A program made the position numbers and the translations under genes. The notes under the pieces are model-generated. The model did not search any database, had not been told where the DNA came from, and was given only the letters and a program-made list of their open reading frames with translations. Shown here piece by piece: positions 25,370-38,079 of a stretch of DNA of 64,000 nt (the first letter of the stretch is position 1; each line of letters opens with the position of its first letter). This DNA comes from Camelus dromedarius. Lineage: Eukaryota. The stretch lies in NCBI RefSeq assembly GCF_036321535.1, contig NC_087436.1, forward strand, positions 10,850,001 through 10,914,000, in the 5' to 3' direction.

Positions 25370-25865
25370 TGATGCATCATATCGATCGCATGCACCCCCA
25401 AGGGGACGGGGCGGGAAGAGCACCTCACCTCTGCAGTGTTCTACCGCGTCTTTCGTGAGAAAATCGTCAGACAGACCTAAATTGAGAGGCATCCTAGAAA
25501 GAGCTGGTTAGTCGTCCTCAAAACTGCTAAATTTATGAAAATGAGGAAAGACTGAGAAACTGTAACAAACCAGAGGAGGCTGAGGAGACAAGATGACTAA
25601 ACACAATGTCATGTCCTGATTGGGATTGTGGACTAGAAAGGGGAGGTTAGTGGAAAAGCCAGTGAAGTCCCAATAAAGCCTGGAGTTTAGTTAATAGTCC
25701 TGCAGTAGAAGCTAATGGTTTCTTAGTTTTGATAAATGGGCCATGGTGATGTAAAGATGTTAAAAGCTGGAGAAATGGAGGAGAAGTGTATAGGAATTGT
25801 CTATAATATCTTGGCAACTTCTCTGTAAATCTAAGTTTTACATTATTTCAAAATAAAAAATCTAT
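25370..25865 (+). mobile_element. Old L1 (L1MC-like) 3'UTR
   Basis: 'tcagacagacctaaattgagaggcatcc', 'gaaagactgagaaactgt' and 'gcaacttctctgtaaatctaa' are L1MC 3'UTR motifs. Confidence 0.75.
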
Positions 25866-25877
25866 TAAAAAGGCAGT

Positions 25878-26007
25878 GGGGAGGTATAGCTCAACGGTAG
25901 AGTGTGCACTTAGCATGCACAAGGTCCTAGGTTCAATCCCCAGTGCCTCCCTTAAAATAAATACACAAATAAACCTTCCCCTCAAAAAACAAACAAAAAT
26001 TTAAATT
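25878..26007 (+). mobile_element. tRNA-derived SINE (camelid Vic-1-like)
   Basis: ggggaggtatagctcaacggtagag (A box)...ggttcaatcccc (B box), A-rich tail, TSD aaaaggcagtgg / aaaaggcagcgg. Confidence 0.9.
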
Positions 26008-26440
26008 AAAAGGCAGCGGTGGGGAAGCCATAAAACATGGAAACCACATGACTCAATTTACCTAAAGCATGCTTACTTAAATATTAAATAGACACCATGA
26101 ATCTCCTCAATTTGAGACCTTATAATTTTGAATTCTGATAACTTCACAAGTCAGGTCTTAATCCACACCTATCTGATCGAGGAAAACATCTTAATACAAT
26201 GCCAAGTGATAGGGGTTAAAACACAAGACCCAAATAGAGTTTAAAAAGACTCCAAACATATTAACAATTTTTACTCTTATAAGTGAAAGAACTTGGATGT
26301 TTCAGGTTTCAGCATGAATGCATTTTTTTATATAAACTGCCCACTACCAAGTAGTATTTTTCTAGAAAATTCAAATATGGAACAAGTACACAAAAAGAAG
26401 TTAAAATGCTAAATAGAAATAGATTAAAAGTAAAAGCCCC

Positions 26441-26720
26441 CACAGACATATAAAATAAACTTACTGTTACCAGAGGTGGAAGTGGGAAGGGAGGGATAAA
26501 TTGGGAGTTTGGGATTAGCAGATACACACTACCATGTACAGAATAGATAAACAAGGTCCTAATATATAGCACAAGGATCTATATTTGACGGCTTGTAATA
26601 ACCTGTAATGAAAAAGAATATATATATATCTGAATCACTACGCTGTATACTAGAAACTAATACAATATTGTAAATCAACTATATTTCAATTAAAAAAATG
26701 GGAGGAAAATAAAATAAAAT
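26441..26720 (+). mobile_element. 5'-truncated L1 3'UTR
   Basis: 'cacagacatataaaataaactta...gggataaattgggagtttgggattagcagatac...ctgaatcact' followed by an A tail. Approximate TSD taaaagcccc / taaaggcccc. Confidence 0.85.
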
Positions 26721-27899
26721 AAAGGCCCCTCCAACATTGTTTCACATTGCAAAGAGAGGATGAATATATTGAACAGGTTAATGAAGTAGCACTTCTCTAA
26801 GTACAAGAGAAAACAAAAACAGAAACCCTAGCACCCTGAAATCTTTCCATAACAGATAAACTTCTTCAAAGTTTGAGCAGTGAATACCCACAGGGAGTAA
26901 CCCATTACCACCTGATTTACAGCCCAGAATACGGACGATTCCCTTCTGTAAATTTTAAACCATTTTTATATTTTGCTTCACATAACAGGACGTGATACAA
27001 TACCTTTGCATGGATTTACAGTTATCCCTGAAACATTATGAGTGTGTCTCTCTAAAGGCCTTTCAGGTTTCTTTTCTACAAAGTTACGCTCAACTCCCAC
27101 CAGAGCTTAAAAGAGGCTTTTTCTTTCAGGATGCTTACAAAGACATTACCTCTCTAAGGTAATGGGTAATATACTATTGTCTCTGTGGACAAATGATGCT
27201 CTTGTTACTGGAAAGACTTGATCTTCTGAGAGCATCTCTAGAAAGAGGTTATACTTTATTCTTCTCCAAGTTAAACCGACACCAAGATTGAAGCAAAGTG
27301 AGGTATTCTGCTGTGGTCAGAGGGAGTTAAGTGAGAAGAGAAAATTCGCTTTCCTTTCAGGTGTACTCTATAGAGGAAAATGATAGATTTTGTTTCAGGA
27401 TAAAAAAAGGTCAAAGTAAAGTAAGGCATAGAAAAATGGGTTTCAGGTGGATTTTAACATCTTCACATGTTAAACAAAATACACCTTAAAGGAGGCACTC
27501 CTCCTATCCCACAGATATTCCTCCTGACACAGACATATTAATCATATACCTGCTCCAACATTACCAGTTAAAAAACATGTATTAAGCACGCACTCATCCA
27601 ACAACTATGTATTGGGTGTCCACTACGTGCTAGGCTTTGCACAAGAAGGGAGCATTATTTTCTTTCTATTAGAGCTGTGTTCCTTCCAGAGCTTCCTAAA
27701 CCAAATCCCTTCGCTGTCCATAATAATTTATAGTTCACAAATCTACATTTTAATGAAGGGAAAAAAAAAAAACTAGCACTAAAAGTCCTGACATCTTTGA
27801 CAAGTTAAATGGAAATCTTAGAAATAATGTAATGGAAAGAAATCACTGCATCTGAAAGCAGCAAGTCTTAGGTAATAAAAGGGAAATTTAGAAATTGCC

Positions 27900-27905
27900 T
27901 TTATT
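27900..27905 (-). terminator. Polyadenylation signal AATAAA of the minus-strand gene
   Basis: tttatt on the plus strand. On the minus strand it is followed by U-rich 'aatttcccttttatt' and lies about 610 nt downstream of the terminal-exon acceptor. Confidence 0.55.
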
Positions 27906-28459
27906 ATTGAAATGCAGTATTAGCTGAAGGCAAACAAGTCAAGTAACCAAAAGTATATAAGGCACAATTTGTTGGCCTTCCATCTAGGCATTCCAGCCAC
28001 GGCTGCACAGGCCCTAGGTGTACAAAGGAGAGATTTCCTATTTGGTACAACTGATGAAAAGCGTCTATACCCCAAACACTCTTCCAGTCCATCTTTCATG
28101 ATTTTCTGAGGTTGGACAGCAGTTGAGTTGTTTGGCTACTGGGCCGATTTTCAACAGATGTCTTATTCAAAGTAAAATGTCTCAATTTGTAATAGAATTC
28201 TCATATTAGCTATCAAAATTCTATGAGTGAATGTGTTCAGTGGAAGAAAAATACCTAAAAATCAAACAAATATGGCACACACTTGTAGCCTTGGAACTTA
28301 TAAATATCAGAAATAAAAATCAAAACTTCAGATACCTAAGCCTACTCTCCAGGACCAGAACACTTATAAAGGACTAGGCATTCGATTCAGTCCCGAATGC
28401 CTCTTCTTCCCCGCTGCCTCCTTCCCCGCCACAGAACATCATCATCGTTAGTGTCACCT

Positions 28460-28516
28460 TCAGTATTGCCAAGAGTCTGCCTCCGTGGCTGTTCTTAGCT
28501 CTTCAAAATGCTCTGG
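28460..28516 (-). CDS. Possible coding start of the terminal exon (PEHFEELRTATEADSWQY*; alternative frames give SQSILKS* or RAF*)
   Basis: The phase-0 frame is open to TGA at 28460-28462 and continues (PGLR)NLRLHVLDPE from exon 36121-36164. The true frame cannot be fixed within this window. Confidence 0.35.
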   Translation of the reverse strand, partial: PEHFEELRTATEADSWQY

Positions 28517-28899
28517 CTGAAAAGAAATATTTCCAGCAATGAATTATTCAGCTGGCTGATTAGAACCAACTGGTATACCCTTATGGGCATTTATTGCTGT
28601 CCATAATGAGCTTTTGAGATACCTACAAATCCTAAAACCCATGTCTAGCCTTCTCTCTGTCCATGGAGGTCTCAATATAACTTGAAATTCCAAAAATGGC
28701 ATTTTTCCCCAAGGCCCCAAATCTTCTCTCTGGAGACTTTCCAGCTCCTGATAGTTTCCACTTCTTGAACTAATATTTTTATGAAATTGGTAGAGGACAA
28801 TATGCATGAAATTAACAGTGATGATAGTTTCAATGTAATAACTGCACCAGTGATCACATACCTGCATGCAAAATGATAAAAGATGGAGATTTACTCATT

Positions 28900-29860
28900 T
28901 TTTGACAAAAAAGAGGTGGCATTTAAACTGTACATTAAAGGATAAGGAAGGTATGAGTAGGAAGGGAAAGAGAAGATGGGAAAACAAAAGAAAAAGCTAA
29001 TCCACACAAATGTGCATACGAGCCTACCTGATTTACCTAATTTGGAGAGATATAAATAACAAAGACACTAAAAATTAAGACGAGACCAGATCTTAAAATG
29101 GCCAATCACATAATTCAGCATTTAATGTGTTGACAATGGAGACATAAGTTTCACAGAGGAACAGGACTATGAGAAAATGCTAGAGGGGAAAAGGCATTAG
29201 AGACTGGAGAACTGGATATGCTGACTGATGGCAATGGCGATGGAAATGAAAGATGGGATGGAAAAGGGAAGTATTTTGAAGCTGTAATTGCCAGGACGCG
29301 ACAAATGAGGAAAAGAAAGTGGAACACTACGTATTTATTTTCTAGCTTGGGTGAAAAATAGCTACAAGACACAGAATAACTGTAAGGCTGTCTTAAATTA
29401 GATTTAGATCTAACCGTGCTGAATTCTATAGAACAAAGAGGGGATAAGTCCATGCGACAGAAAGAACATCCCCTATGGAGCTGAGGAAAGCGGGCAGGAC
29501 TGGATTTGCATCAGGAACGTACAAGCACAATGCCGATAGCTCAGCCCTGGTAGTGGGTGCATCAAGCAAAGAGAAATCACTGGGCCAATAAAGAAGGCCA
29601 GTGTCAGAAAGTTAAGGAACTCATATATTTAGTGAGTGAGTACACAAAGAATCAAAGAAGAAAGCCAACAGAAAAAAAAAAATCAATAAAAAAAAGGAAG
29701 AATGTCAAATGTTCAATATCATAGATGGCAAAAAGAATGAAAATGTCCCCAAGTGGACGGAAAAACATTGCAGAAGGGTTGAAGGTTGACAGGGGTCATG
29801 AATTTGGCTGATTTTGACAGAGGAGTGAAAATGAAGTATGAAAGACAAAATTAATTGCAA
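28900..29860 (-). mobile_element. L2 remnants
   Basis: Purine-rich decayed antisense L2-like sequence. Boundaries are approximate. Confidence 0.4.
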
Positions 29861-30529
29861 CTCCTAAAAAATTGAGAATTTCAGTTACAGAAGATAAGGC
29901 TGGGAGAAAGTCTAACAGCACTTTTTTTATGTGCATGAGTTCTATTGTAGAGAATATTCTAATTAGGCCTCAATATTCTTTTAAGAATATTCAATTAAGG
30001 CAGGGAGAAAGAATCTATCTGTAAAATGCAGTTCAGGTAGACATAATTAGAAGTATATTTTCATGTTTACAAATAGAAGGCTTCCAAAAGAGAACTTTAA
30101 AATCACTTAATGGATGTTTATCTTTCTGGAGGAGGGGTGGTTGGACATGATTCATTCCGCGCTGGGGTCTATCATTTTATCTCTGCCACTTGAGCTGAGC
30201 TACGTTCTCTCTCTGGCTTGGAATCCAGGACATTCACCTGTGAACGTGCATGGTGTCTGCTGTCCAGTTCATCTTTTCCTTCCTTCTTTCAACAAAGGGC
30301 CCCTGGAACTTGGCAGGCCCCTCTCTGCTTTATGATTTGCGACCAGACTTTATGATTTGTTTCTGTACAATATTCCTAAAAACCACAATCTTCTACTAAA
30401 AGCACATATTTCTCTTCCAAGAAATGAAGAACGTCTTTGTCTTGAGAAAGAACAATTTCTGGAAACACCAAGAGGAAAGGGGCCAGCTTGGGCAGGTGAT
30501 GTAACTTGGCATCCTCCTCCTCATCTTTG

Positions 30530-30620
30530 GTACCTCACAGGATTAAATGAGGGATCAATGGGATCGTGTGTGGACCACCTGCCAGCGTGCCTGGCAGAGA
30601 GCAGGCACTCCACAAATCAC
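30530..30620 (+). mobile_element. MIR 3' fragment
   Basis: 'tacctcacaggatt...gcgtgcctggcagagagcaggcactccacaaat'. Confidence 0.6.
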
Positions 30621-31644
30621 CATCCTTCACCCCTACTTGGAATTGTCATGCCCTTTCACATGCTCTTGTACCCCACAAGTAATGTTAATTAAATACATGG
30701 CTGGTGGAGTTTGACTTCACTTCACCAAGCCCTCATTACTCAAAGTACCCATGCCCCATTTTTCCGAACCACACCACCAACACAGACGTGCACACATTTC
30801 AAGTCTGGGATGTTAAGGGAAATCATGATAGACAAGCAAAGGGAATTTTATTTTCTTAGTTGCTATTAGGAAAGAAGAAAGTTGCAGCCTCCCCGGGCAT
30901 TACTGGGACAATCAACACCCTGAGTGAGTGATGAGTCTTAGTAAAGCCCCCTACCCCTAACCACCGCTGGCATCTAAGATGTCCAGCAGACAGGTTATTG
31001 AAGCCCTTCCAAATGGACTACTGCAAGCTACTTCATCCTAAAACCCATTCTTCAAGACAATCAAATTATAAATTAATCCCTAAAGACTGGAAGAATGCAA
31101 GCCACACAGTAGTACAGAAGCTTGCAATTAGGATCATACGTAGGAGACATCCCTCAAGATAATCCCTGAACTCAGAGCAAGTTACAAGGGGAAAAACACA
31201 CACTGGGTCGATTACATTCCCCAGAGGCAAATAAAGCCCAAAAATGTAGAGTATGTGTTACTACGTGTTAGCTAAGAGCCTTTACATATGCTGCAAGTGC
31301 ATTTGGGAATAAATGAGAAGTCGTGTCCCCTGCCACTTCTTCATGTCTTTACTCATTTTTGAACTGTTTAGAGCAGCAGTGGTCAAACACGGCTCAGAGT
31401 TCTTTACGGATAATTTCTGAGAATTTATATGAATTCTCAAAGAGTCGTCTGTTCTGGATTTCAAGTGTTAAGTAACTCTGATGGAAATACCTTATATTGA
31501 AATGGGTTGTGGCAAGGCACATAACAAGATAAGTGAACTTCCTCAAAGTCCAATGAAACACCTGTGACCCTAGAACTTATGAATGCTTCTTAATAACATA
31601 AATACTTCAAAATGTTATGTTCCTGATGCATCCATTATGCTTAC

Positions 31645-31732
31645 GTGTTAGATCTTTATAAATGTCCTCGAACAGCAAGACTGCATCTGTGGCTGCTGCA
31701 GCCACAGGAGGACTTCTGTTTGCTTCGTTTTG
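31645..31732 (-). CDS. Probable 88-nt cassette exon of the minus-strand gene
   Basis: tttaactttcttcttcccacaag|CAAAACGAAG...GATCTAACAC|gtaagc. One frame is fully open (QNEANRSPPVAAAATDAVLLFEDIYKDLT). The exon is GC-richer than its flanks. Confidence 0.5.
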
Positions 31733-31919
31733 CTTGTGGGAAGAAGAAAGTTAAATTTAATACATAAACCACTTTCTTTTTTAAGAAAAGGTATGTTTAG
31801 ATTTTTAGATGTTTGATGAATCCAAATGTTTTCATCAAACAGATTTATGAATGTAAACATAGTCTGAGTTTCCAACATCATTTGTAAAATCCCCAAATAC
31901 ATTGCTTTGATCAACCCCC

Positions 31920-32330
31920 TTCATTCATCAATTCACACGTTGGTTTACTCGTTGCAAATTTAATGTTCGCTATACACACCAGACACTGTCTTAGGAAATG
32001 GCAAACAACTGTTGTCCAAAAAAAGCAGATTCCTTACCCTTAAGTGGACTGCACTCTAGTTGGGAGGATAGATACTAACCAAATAAATATATATACACAG
32101 ATATAAAAATTACAAATTATTAGTAACTACTATGAAGGGAAAGGACAGACTATTTTGAGAATGACTAGTTAGTGTTGAGTGGCAGGTTCAGGATGATGGG
32201 CATTTAGTTAAGTAGGAGCAAGGGTCCAAAGCAAGGAGAGAACATGGGGAATAGACCAGATGTCAGAAAGAAGTAGAAGGCCTTAGTTATGTGAATAGTT
32301 GTATGAATTAGTATATGATCAAGACAGCAC
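31920..32330 (-). mobile_element. L2 3' end
   Basis: 'tcattcatcaattca...ccagacactgtcttagg...cactctagttgggagg'. Confidence 0.6.
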
Positions 32331-32900
32331 TGCAATGAAATCAGAGCACCGGGATCCCATTCCAGTGGCTCCAATAATTTAAGAGCATGAGCAAATGTGG
32401 AGGCTGAGAAAAAGGCACGTTTCTCCCAACTCTTAAACCCCAAGCTTTCATGACTAGTCTTTACCTCAAAGATTGGTAAATTGATGTTTCACAGAAAATG
32501 AAATTATCTTATTTATTTAAAGTATTTATTTTGTATAACCACATTTAATATTAACCAAGAACTAACAATGGAAACTTCTGTGTATTTTTCATGTAGCAAT
32601 TTTAAAATTACATACAAAAGAATATACTACAGCATGATAAATAACAAATTGACTTCAAATATTTAATAATGCTTTGAACCTTTGAGATGTTCCCAACTGT
32701 TATTAATGAACATATGTCTCATTCACAAACAATTAGATTAAGGTGAAATCATGTTATTGTCATGGTATGTGAAATAAAAATGCAATTAGAAGAGAAAACT
32801 AAACGTAGCCAGGAATTTTAATTTAAATACATTTTAATACATTTAATTTAAAACATTTCTTGGAACGTATCACTGTCAGCAAACTTTATTCTCTTTAAGA

Positions 32901-33034
32901 TTTTTTTTTAATTTTTGTTTGTTTAGGGGGTTAATTAGGTTTATTTATTTACTTTTAATGGAGGTACTGGGAATTGAACCCAGGACCTTGCACATGCTAG
33001 GCAGGCACTCTACCACTGCACCATACTCTCCCCC
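32901..33034 (-). mobile_element. tRNA-derived SINE (camelid Vic-1-like)
   Basis: 'aatggaggtactgggaattgaacccaggaccttgcacatgctaggcaggcactctaccactgcaccatactctcccc' preceded by a T tail. Confidence 0.9.
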
Positions 33035-35845
33035 AGAAAAGTTCATTCTCAAAGATTGTAGTCTCCAGATTTGTTCACCTTTCCTTAACATGTTAAGAAG
33101 ATTATAATCATTAAAGAAAAACATAGGTCAATTAATCTCAACAGTATCAGTAGCATTTTTATTCAGATGAAATTCTTTACTTTTTATTCAAATTATAGAA
33201 GTCTACAGAATCTTGAGAAATCAGCTCATTTCTCAAGCAACGAATCTCACTTTTTAGAGAAGAACCTGTGTTCCAGACAGAAAAGGTAACTAGTCAAAGG
33301 TCACAGTCCAAGTCAGAAATCAAGCCTTGCTTTGCCATTGCTGCTAAACTCACTCCCCTGTTCCCTCACCTCCTTGGTCGCATCCCCTCCCTGCACACCG
33401 TCCAACTTTCCACAATTGTCTCCTCAGGGCAGCAACATTATTTTGTTTCAGGAACTCAGTAATAGTCACTTGATTTCAAATTATCTCCTACGCCTTTCTC
33501 TACTACTCCTTAAACTTAGATTATAATCTTTACTGTGACAAAGGTAAAGACACTCCTCCTAAAACCAAGGTGGGAAAAATAATGGTTAAAAGAGAAATGA
33601 GTGTCATAATATAATCCAGTGCACATCCAGAAAATGTATAAGTTAAAACAAAACAATTAGTCCTTTTGTGCCCAGCTATCACCCACCTGGAAAAGAGGGA
33701 CCATATTTAATAAAATAAAAAGAGAAAATATTAGTTTAGCCATTTATACAAAAGATATTAAGTTAGGCAGTCAGTGTGCCATAAACAAATCATCATCAGT
33801 GATAACATTAACTCATTGAGAAATTTTCAATGTTGGGGGATCGAGGGGTAATATTTAGAGATGTTGCATGTTCATTTTCTATATTTTCTTACACTGTGGC
33901 CCGCTAATCAAATTATTTCTTTCTGACTTTTAAATTTTAAGCCCTTAGGTCTGGAGGAACAGGAAAATCTCTTGCTAAAACAAAAAGATCTAAAAAATTT
34001 TGGTGAACACAAAAGGAATAGAAACCAGACTCCCTCACAATGGACAACTCATCTCCTGTCCAGCAGGATATAGCTTTTCTAGATTTTCTGAACTGAGGAC
34101 AGAGCCCTTGAATGAATTTATGAATCTATGGAACAGGGAAAAACTGAGCTGTGCTTCTCAAAGATTTGAAGAAGAAGAAGAAGGAAAAGAAAAAAACAGT
34201 ATTTAGGTCGACAAAGCCTCACAGAGTTCCTTACAGCCCAGCATGTTAAGGGTGTAACCAAATTAACTCTGAAACATCTAAAGGGGATGGATCTGAAGGG
34301 GCTTTGAGCACAGCCATGGAAGGGAAATTTAGCAGCAACCAGTTCACTCCTCTAACTCTGAGATAAATGGTGAACGTGTTAGCAGTTGAGTGGATTATAT
34401 ATCCAGTCCCAACCCTGTGTCACCCTGGTCCTGTCTCACTGTCTCCTATCTCCGACCCGCAACCCCCTGGGCAAAAGGAAGGGAAAGCTTGAATCCAATG
34501 CCAATTCCTTTCTGCTACTTCAAAGAATGAAGACCCCCAGCTCGAAACTGAATTCAACAACAATCACAGAAATACTGTTTATGGATTGGGACAGTCACCT
34601 TCTACATGGGACTCTGCTAAATGCTGAAGATACAGATTAATTTTTTTAAAAAGTTGATTCCTTTAAATTGATGGTACAGTTAGGAGACAGAGTATAGGCA
34701 GAACAAAAGTAAACAAAAATGTAAAGAAACTTGTGCAATGTAACAAGACCAAGAAGCACTAAGATGGTTGCAACTTCCTAATCTGCCTCTTTTCAGGAAG
34801 AATATATGAGCTTCACATGCAAGTCTTCAAAACTATTGTGCTGTAAATGCTTTCAAATCATGTCTTCATTCACATTATTGGCCCCCTGAGCCTACTAAAA
34901 CATGCCAAATTTTCAAGTTGTCTCACAGCTATGCTGTCTCTTTTACATCTGCCAGATGGAGTAACTTACACTAATGAATACAGAGTAATGTATAAGCAAA
35001 GCTGGAGTGACAGGACTTGAAAATATGTCTCTCTACCTAGAGAACTTAAACCAAGCATCCTTTCAAAGATCACAAGGCTTAACATGATACAGTTAATTCT
35101 AAATAGAACAGAATCACCATGATGCTATGACTTGACGTATCCACAGAGTATCGTGACGTTGAATATAAGATACATCAGTGAACATTAACTTCAAGCTTAT
35201 ACTTACATTGAGCCACAGAGCAGATGTGGGGTATAAATTCTCTGCTATTTTCCTGTCTGGATTCCAGGACAAAGAAATCAGTAGAAAATTGTAATGATAT
35301 CACTGCTGGAATTTATTGATTTCAAGTCACTCTCTAAAGACACAGATCGGTGAGCATGACCATCTTCTTAGAAAATCAAATCACTTTGCCCTCCTCATAC
35401 TTCTCAGTTTACCCAAGCTCCAGAAGAGATCAACTCATTATGCAAGATGATCACAAATGCTATTATTTAAGAAAAATAAAGTGCAATTTTTAAAGGTGTA
35501 TGAAGTCATAAAATGATCTCATAGAATAAGAAACAGAAAAAGAGGGTTATCTCGGTGTTATATAAAATGTCATATTAGTAAAAATAGATGGACAGATAGG
35601 TAGATAATAAAAATCTATATCGTACAAAGGGAGTATCAACTTAGGCATAAAGAAAATTTAAGCAGGGAAAATAAATAAACTTGAAAAGAGGATAGAAATG
35701 TAATTATAGAATCACCTGCCCTGGATATTTCTAACAGTCTACTTTATCATTGGTGTATGTGGCAAAAACATTTTTAATCCTATTCAGCTCTATAATTCTG
35801 GGAAGCTGCCAAGTGCTGGTGAATTCATAGCCCATATTTTATATT

Positions 35846-35900
35846 TACACACACACACATACATACACACGTAGTATATATACATATATAATCTCTATAT
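35846..35900. repeat. (CA)n/(TA)n microsatellite
   Basis: Read directly from the sequence. Confidence 0.8.
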
Positions 35901-36120
35901 ATGCAGCACATATACTATGCATGTGAATATAAATATAGCACTTTGTGTGTATGTGTGTGTCTGTATCATTCTGCTCTCTCTGTGTGTCTGCCCTGTTCTA
36001 TGCTCTGCATTTCCTAAAAAGTCAATGATAATGACACCTTGTTGGCAGAACCCTTCCAGTGAACCCGAGAGTTGCTGGCAAGTCCACAGATGGTAGGTAC
36101 ACTGCGGGTCAAACACTCAC

Positions 36121-36164
36121 CTCTGGGTCAAGAACATGTAGCCTGAGATTCCTAAGGCCGGGGG
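36121..36164 (-). CDS. Probable penultimate exon (44 nt, or 31 nt if the AG at 36152-36153 is used) of an unidentified gene
   Basis: tactgccttgccccag|CCCCCGGCCTTAG|GAATCTCAGGCTACATGTTCTTGACCCAGAG|gtgagt, with a consensus donor. Frames read PGLRNLRLHVLDPE, PPALGISGYMFLTQ or PRP*. Confidence 0.55.
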
Positions 36165-36249
36165 CTGGGGCAAGGCAGTATAATTTAGAAGAAGCGGCTA
36201 TGGTGGTAGATGTCACAACCGTTACAAATTAATAAACTATGACTTGCCT

Positions 36250-36385
36250 TCTTAACACAATTATAAGCACCTTGAGGACAGAAGCAATTCACGTCTTCCT
36301 GTTCTTTCCTATTTCTATTTTCTAGGCTTAGCATAGTTCAAGGACATAGTAAGCAACCAATAACTAGTTGTGGAATTGAATCAAA
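36250..36385 (+). mobile_element. L2 3' terminus
   Basis: 'tataagcaccttgaggacagaag...cttagcatagttcaaggacatagtaagcaaccaataactagttgtggaattgaat'. Confidence 0.65.
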
Positions 36386-38079
36386 GTTCAACAGAATAAG
36401 ATCCATTTTATGGCATTCCCAAAGATACAAAGCGGAAAAAGAACTAAACCAGAAATTGGATATGTAGGAGGGACTTCTGGGCAAGCCAGGTAGGGGTAAC
36501 CCTGTGCTTTGTTTAATAACTGAATGGTCAATCACAGACTGCAATTACATCACTTACTCTTTTTCTGATGCCTGACAACTCCCTCAACAAGAAGATGTGT
36601 AAAACCAAACTCATGCGATGCAGGAATTCTCTGCAAAAACACCAAATCCTGTTTTTGTTCTTATTCAAAAACACAAGCACGTAAAATGATGTTCCTTTTA
36701 AATTATTTTCCAAGTCATTAGGAAAAATAGAATTGGAGTTTTATTGAACTACTAGGGGAAGAAAGCATTTTTATAAAGAACATGTTGATTTAAGAAATCA
36801 TTAAAACCATTCTGTTTATGAAAATGTGTTTTTATCTTTATTAGAAACTTAAAATTTATTTACAATGGTAGACAATATATTATTATTATCTCGTGGTGTT
36901 TAATTCTTTACCATGTGTAGCAATTGGTTCTGAAAGAAATTACTTCATTGCTTAAAGCTACTAGTCATAGCTTCTTAATTTTAAATCATTAAATAAAACA
37001 GTAGAAATATAATTTCATAAGGAAACTTAGAGAACAAAGCAAATGAGATCATTGAAAAAATTTAAAAATATATTTATCACACAGAGTTTAGAAATTTTTC
37101 TAATAATGACAGTGGAGGATAAATATTGATTCTTTTCTTCATTTAGCAATGTATAGGTCTACATTAAAACCTGAAATAGATTTCAGTTTTAAAAACCTAG
37201 TTCTAAGATTGTGTGTCCAAACTTTCCCCTGTGAATGTTTTCTTTCATTTTAAAGAATTCCAGAGAAAGGAAAAATTGGAACCACTCCAAAAGCATTGTA
37301 CATGCTGCATTTGCCTCCAGAGACAAAAAGAGTTACTATTTATTATATATTTATCATGCTAAAAGGTGATTGTTCTTGAAAGAGTTACCCTTTTTAGTTG
37401 ACTGTGCTCTATACTGAATTGCAGACAGACATGTACAAAGTTATCATGAGGATTACTATTCTTAACACCCAAGATTCTCTAAATAAGCTCTCAGTCACTC
37501 TCTAAAGGTAATCCTAGGGCAGAAAAAGGCAGAAAAAAAAAACTATGAATCTCAGTTACAGAAACAGCTTCTTTAGCTTTATGACTCAATATGAAAGTAA
37601 CCAAAGTTAAATGTTTTGGAACATTTTGGAACAGGATACATAGAATTTACTGATGCCTCTACTCTGCATATTTTAAGGAAAAATAACATTTTCTTAAAGA
37701 TTACTATTCATTGAGCAATTCTTCAAGAAACCTTTCCACTGACCATCTGTCCAAACCATGTGTTTAAATTCTGAAACATTTAAAAAGAGATCAGTGTTGT
37801 TAGCTCCCAGTTGCTATGGAACTAAGGGGGAAAAAACTATGGTTCCAAATATCATTTTGAGTCACATTAATCTTGGTGATGATTTTGTGCGTGTGTGAAC
37901 ATTTTTTTCATAATCTGATTAGATAAAATTTGTCAAAAATTTGCAGTCCCATCTGGATTACATCTACTTCCAAAGAATTTGTGGTGCAGATGTGTTTCAT
38001 ATCAGAAATATATATTTACACCAGAGACTAGGAATTAGATTGTAACAATGTTTATGCATCAAATAATAAAGATGCTGAA

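Larger units (their letters stand above)
27880..28516 (-). other. Putative terminal exon (mostly 3'UTR) of an unidentified minus-strand gene
   Basis: Acceptor 'aatatttcttttcag|CCAGAGCATTTTGAAGAGCTAA'. Repeat-free unique sequence runs down to the AATAAA. Confidence 0.55.

Noticed and set aside
25878..25950. tRNA-like sequence with A and B boxes
   Set aside because: It is the head of a SINE with an A tail and TSD, not a tRNA gene.
27130..27158. Plus-strand 29-nt exon-like segment (ttctttcag|GATG...AAG|gtaatg)
   Set aside because: Isolated motif pair with no supporting plus-strand gene structure. It could be chance.
29972..29991. AT-rich palindrome aatattctt-tt-aagaatatt
   Set aside because: 9-bp arms of AT-rich sequence are compatible with chance.
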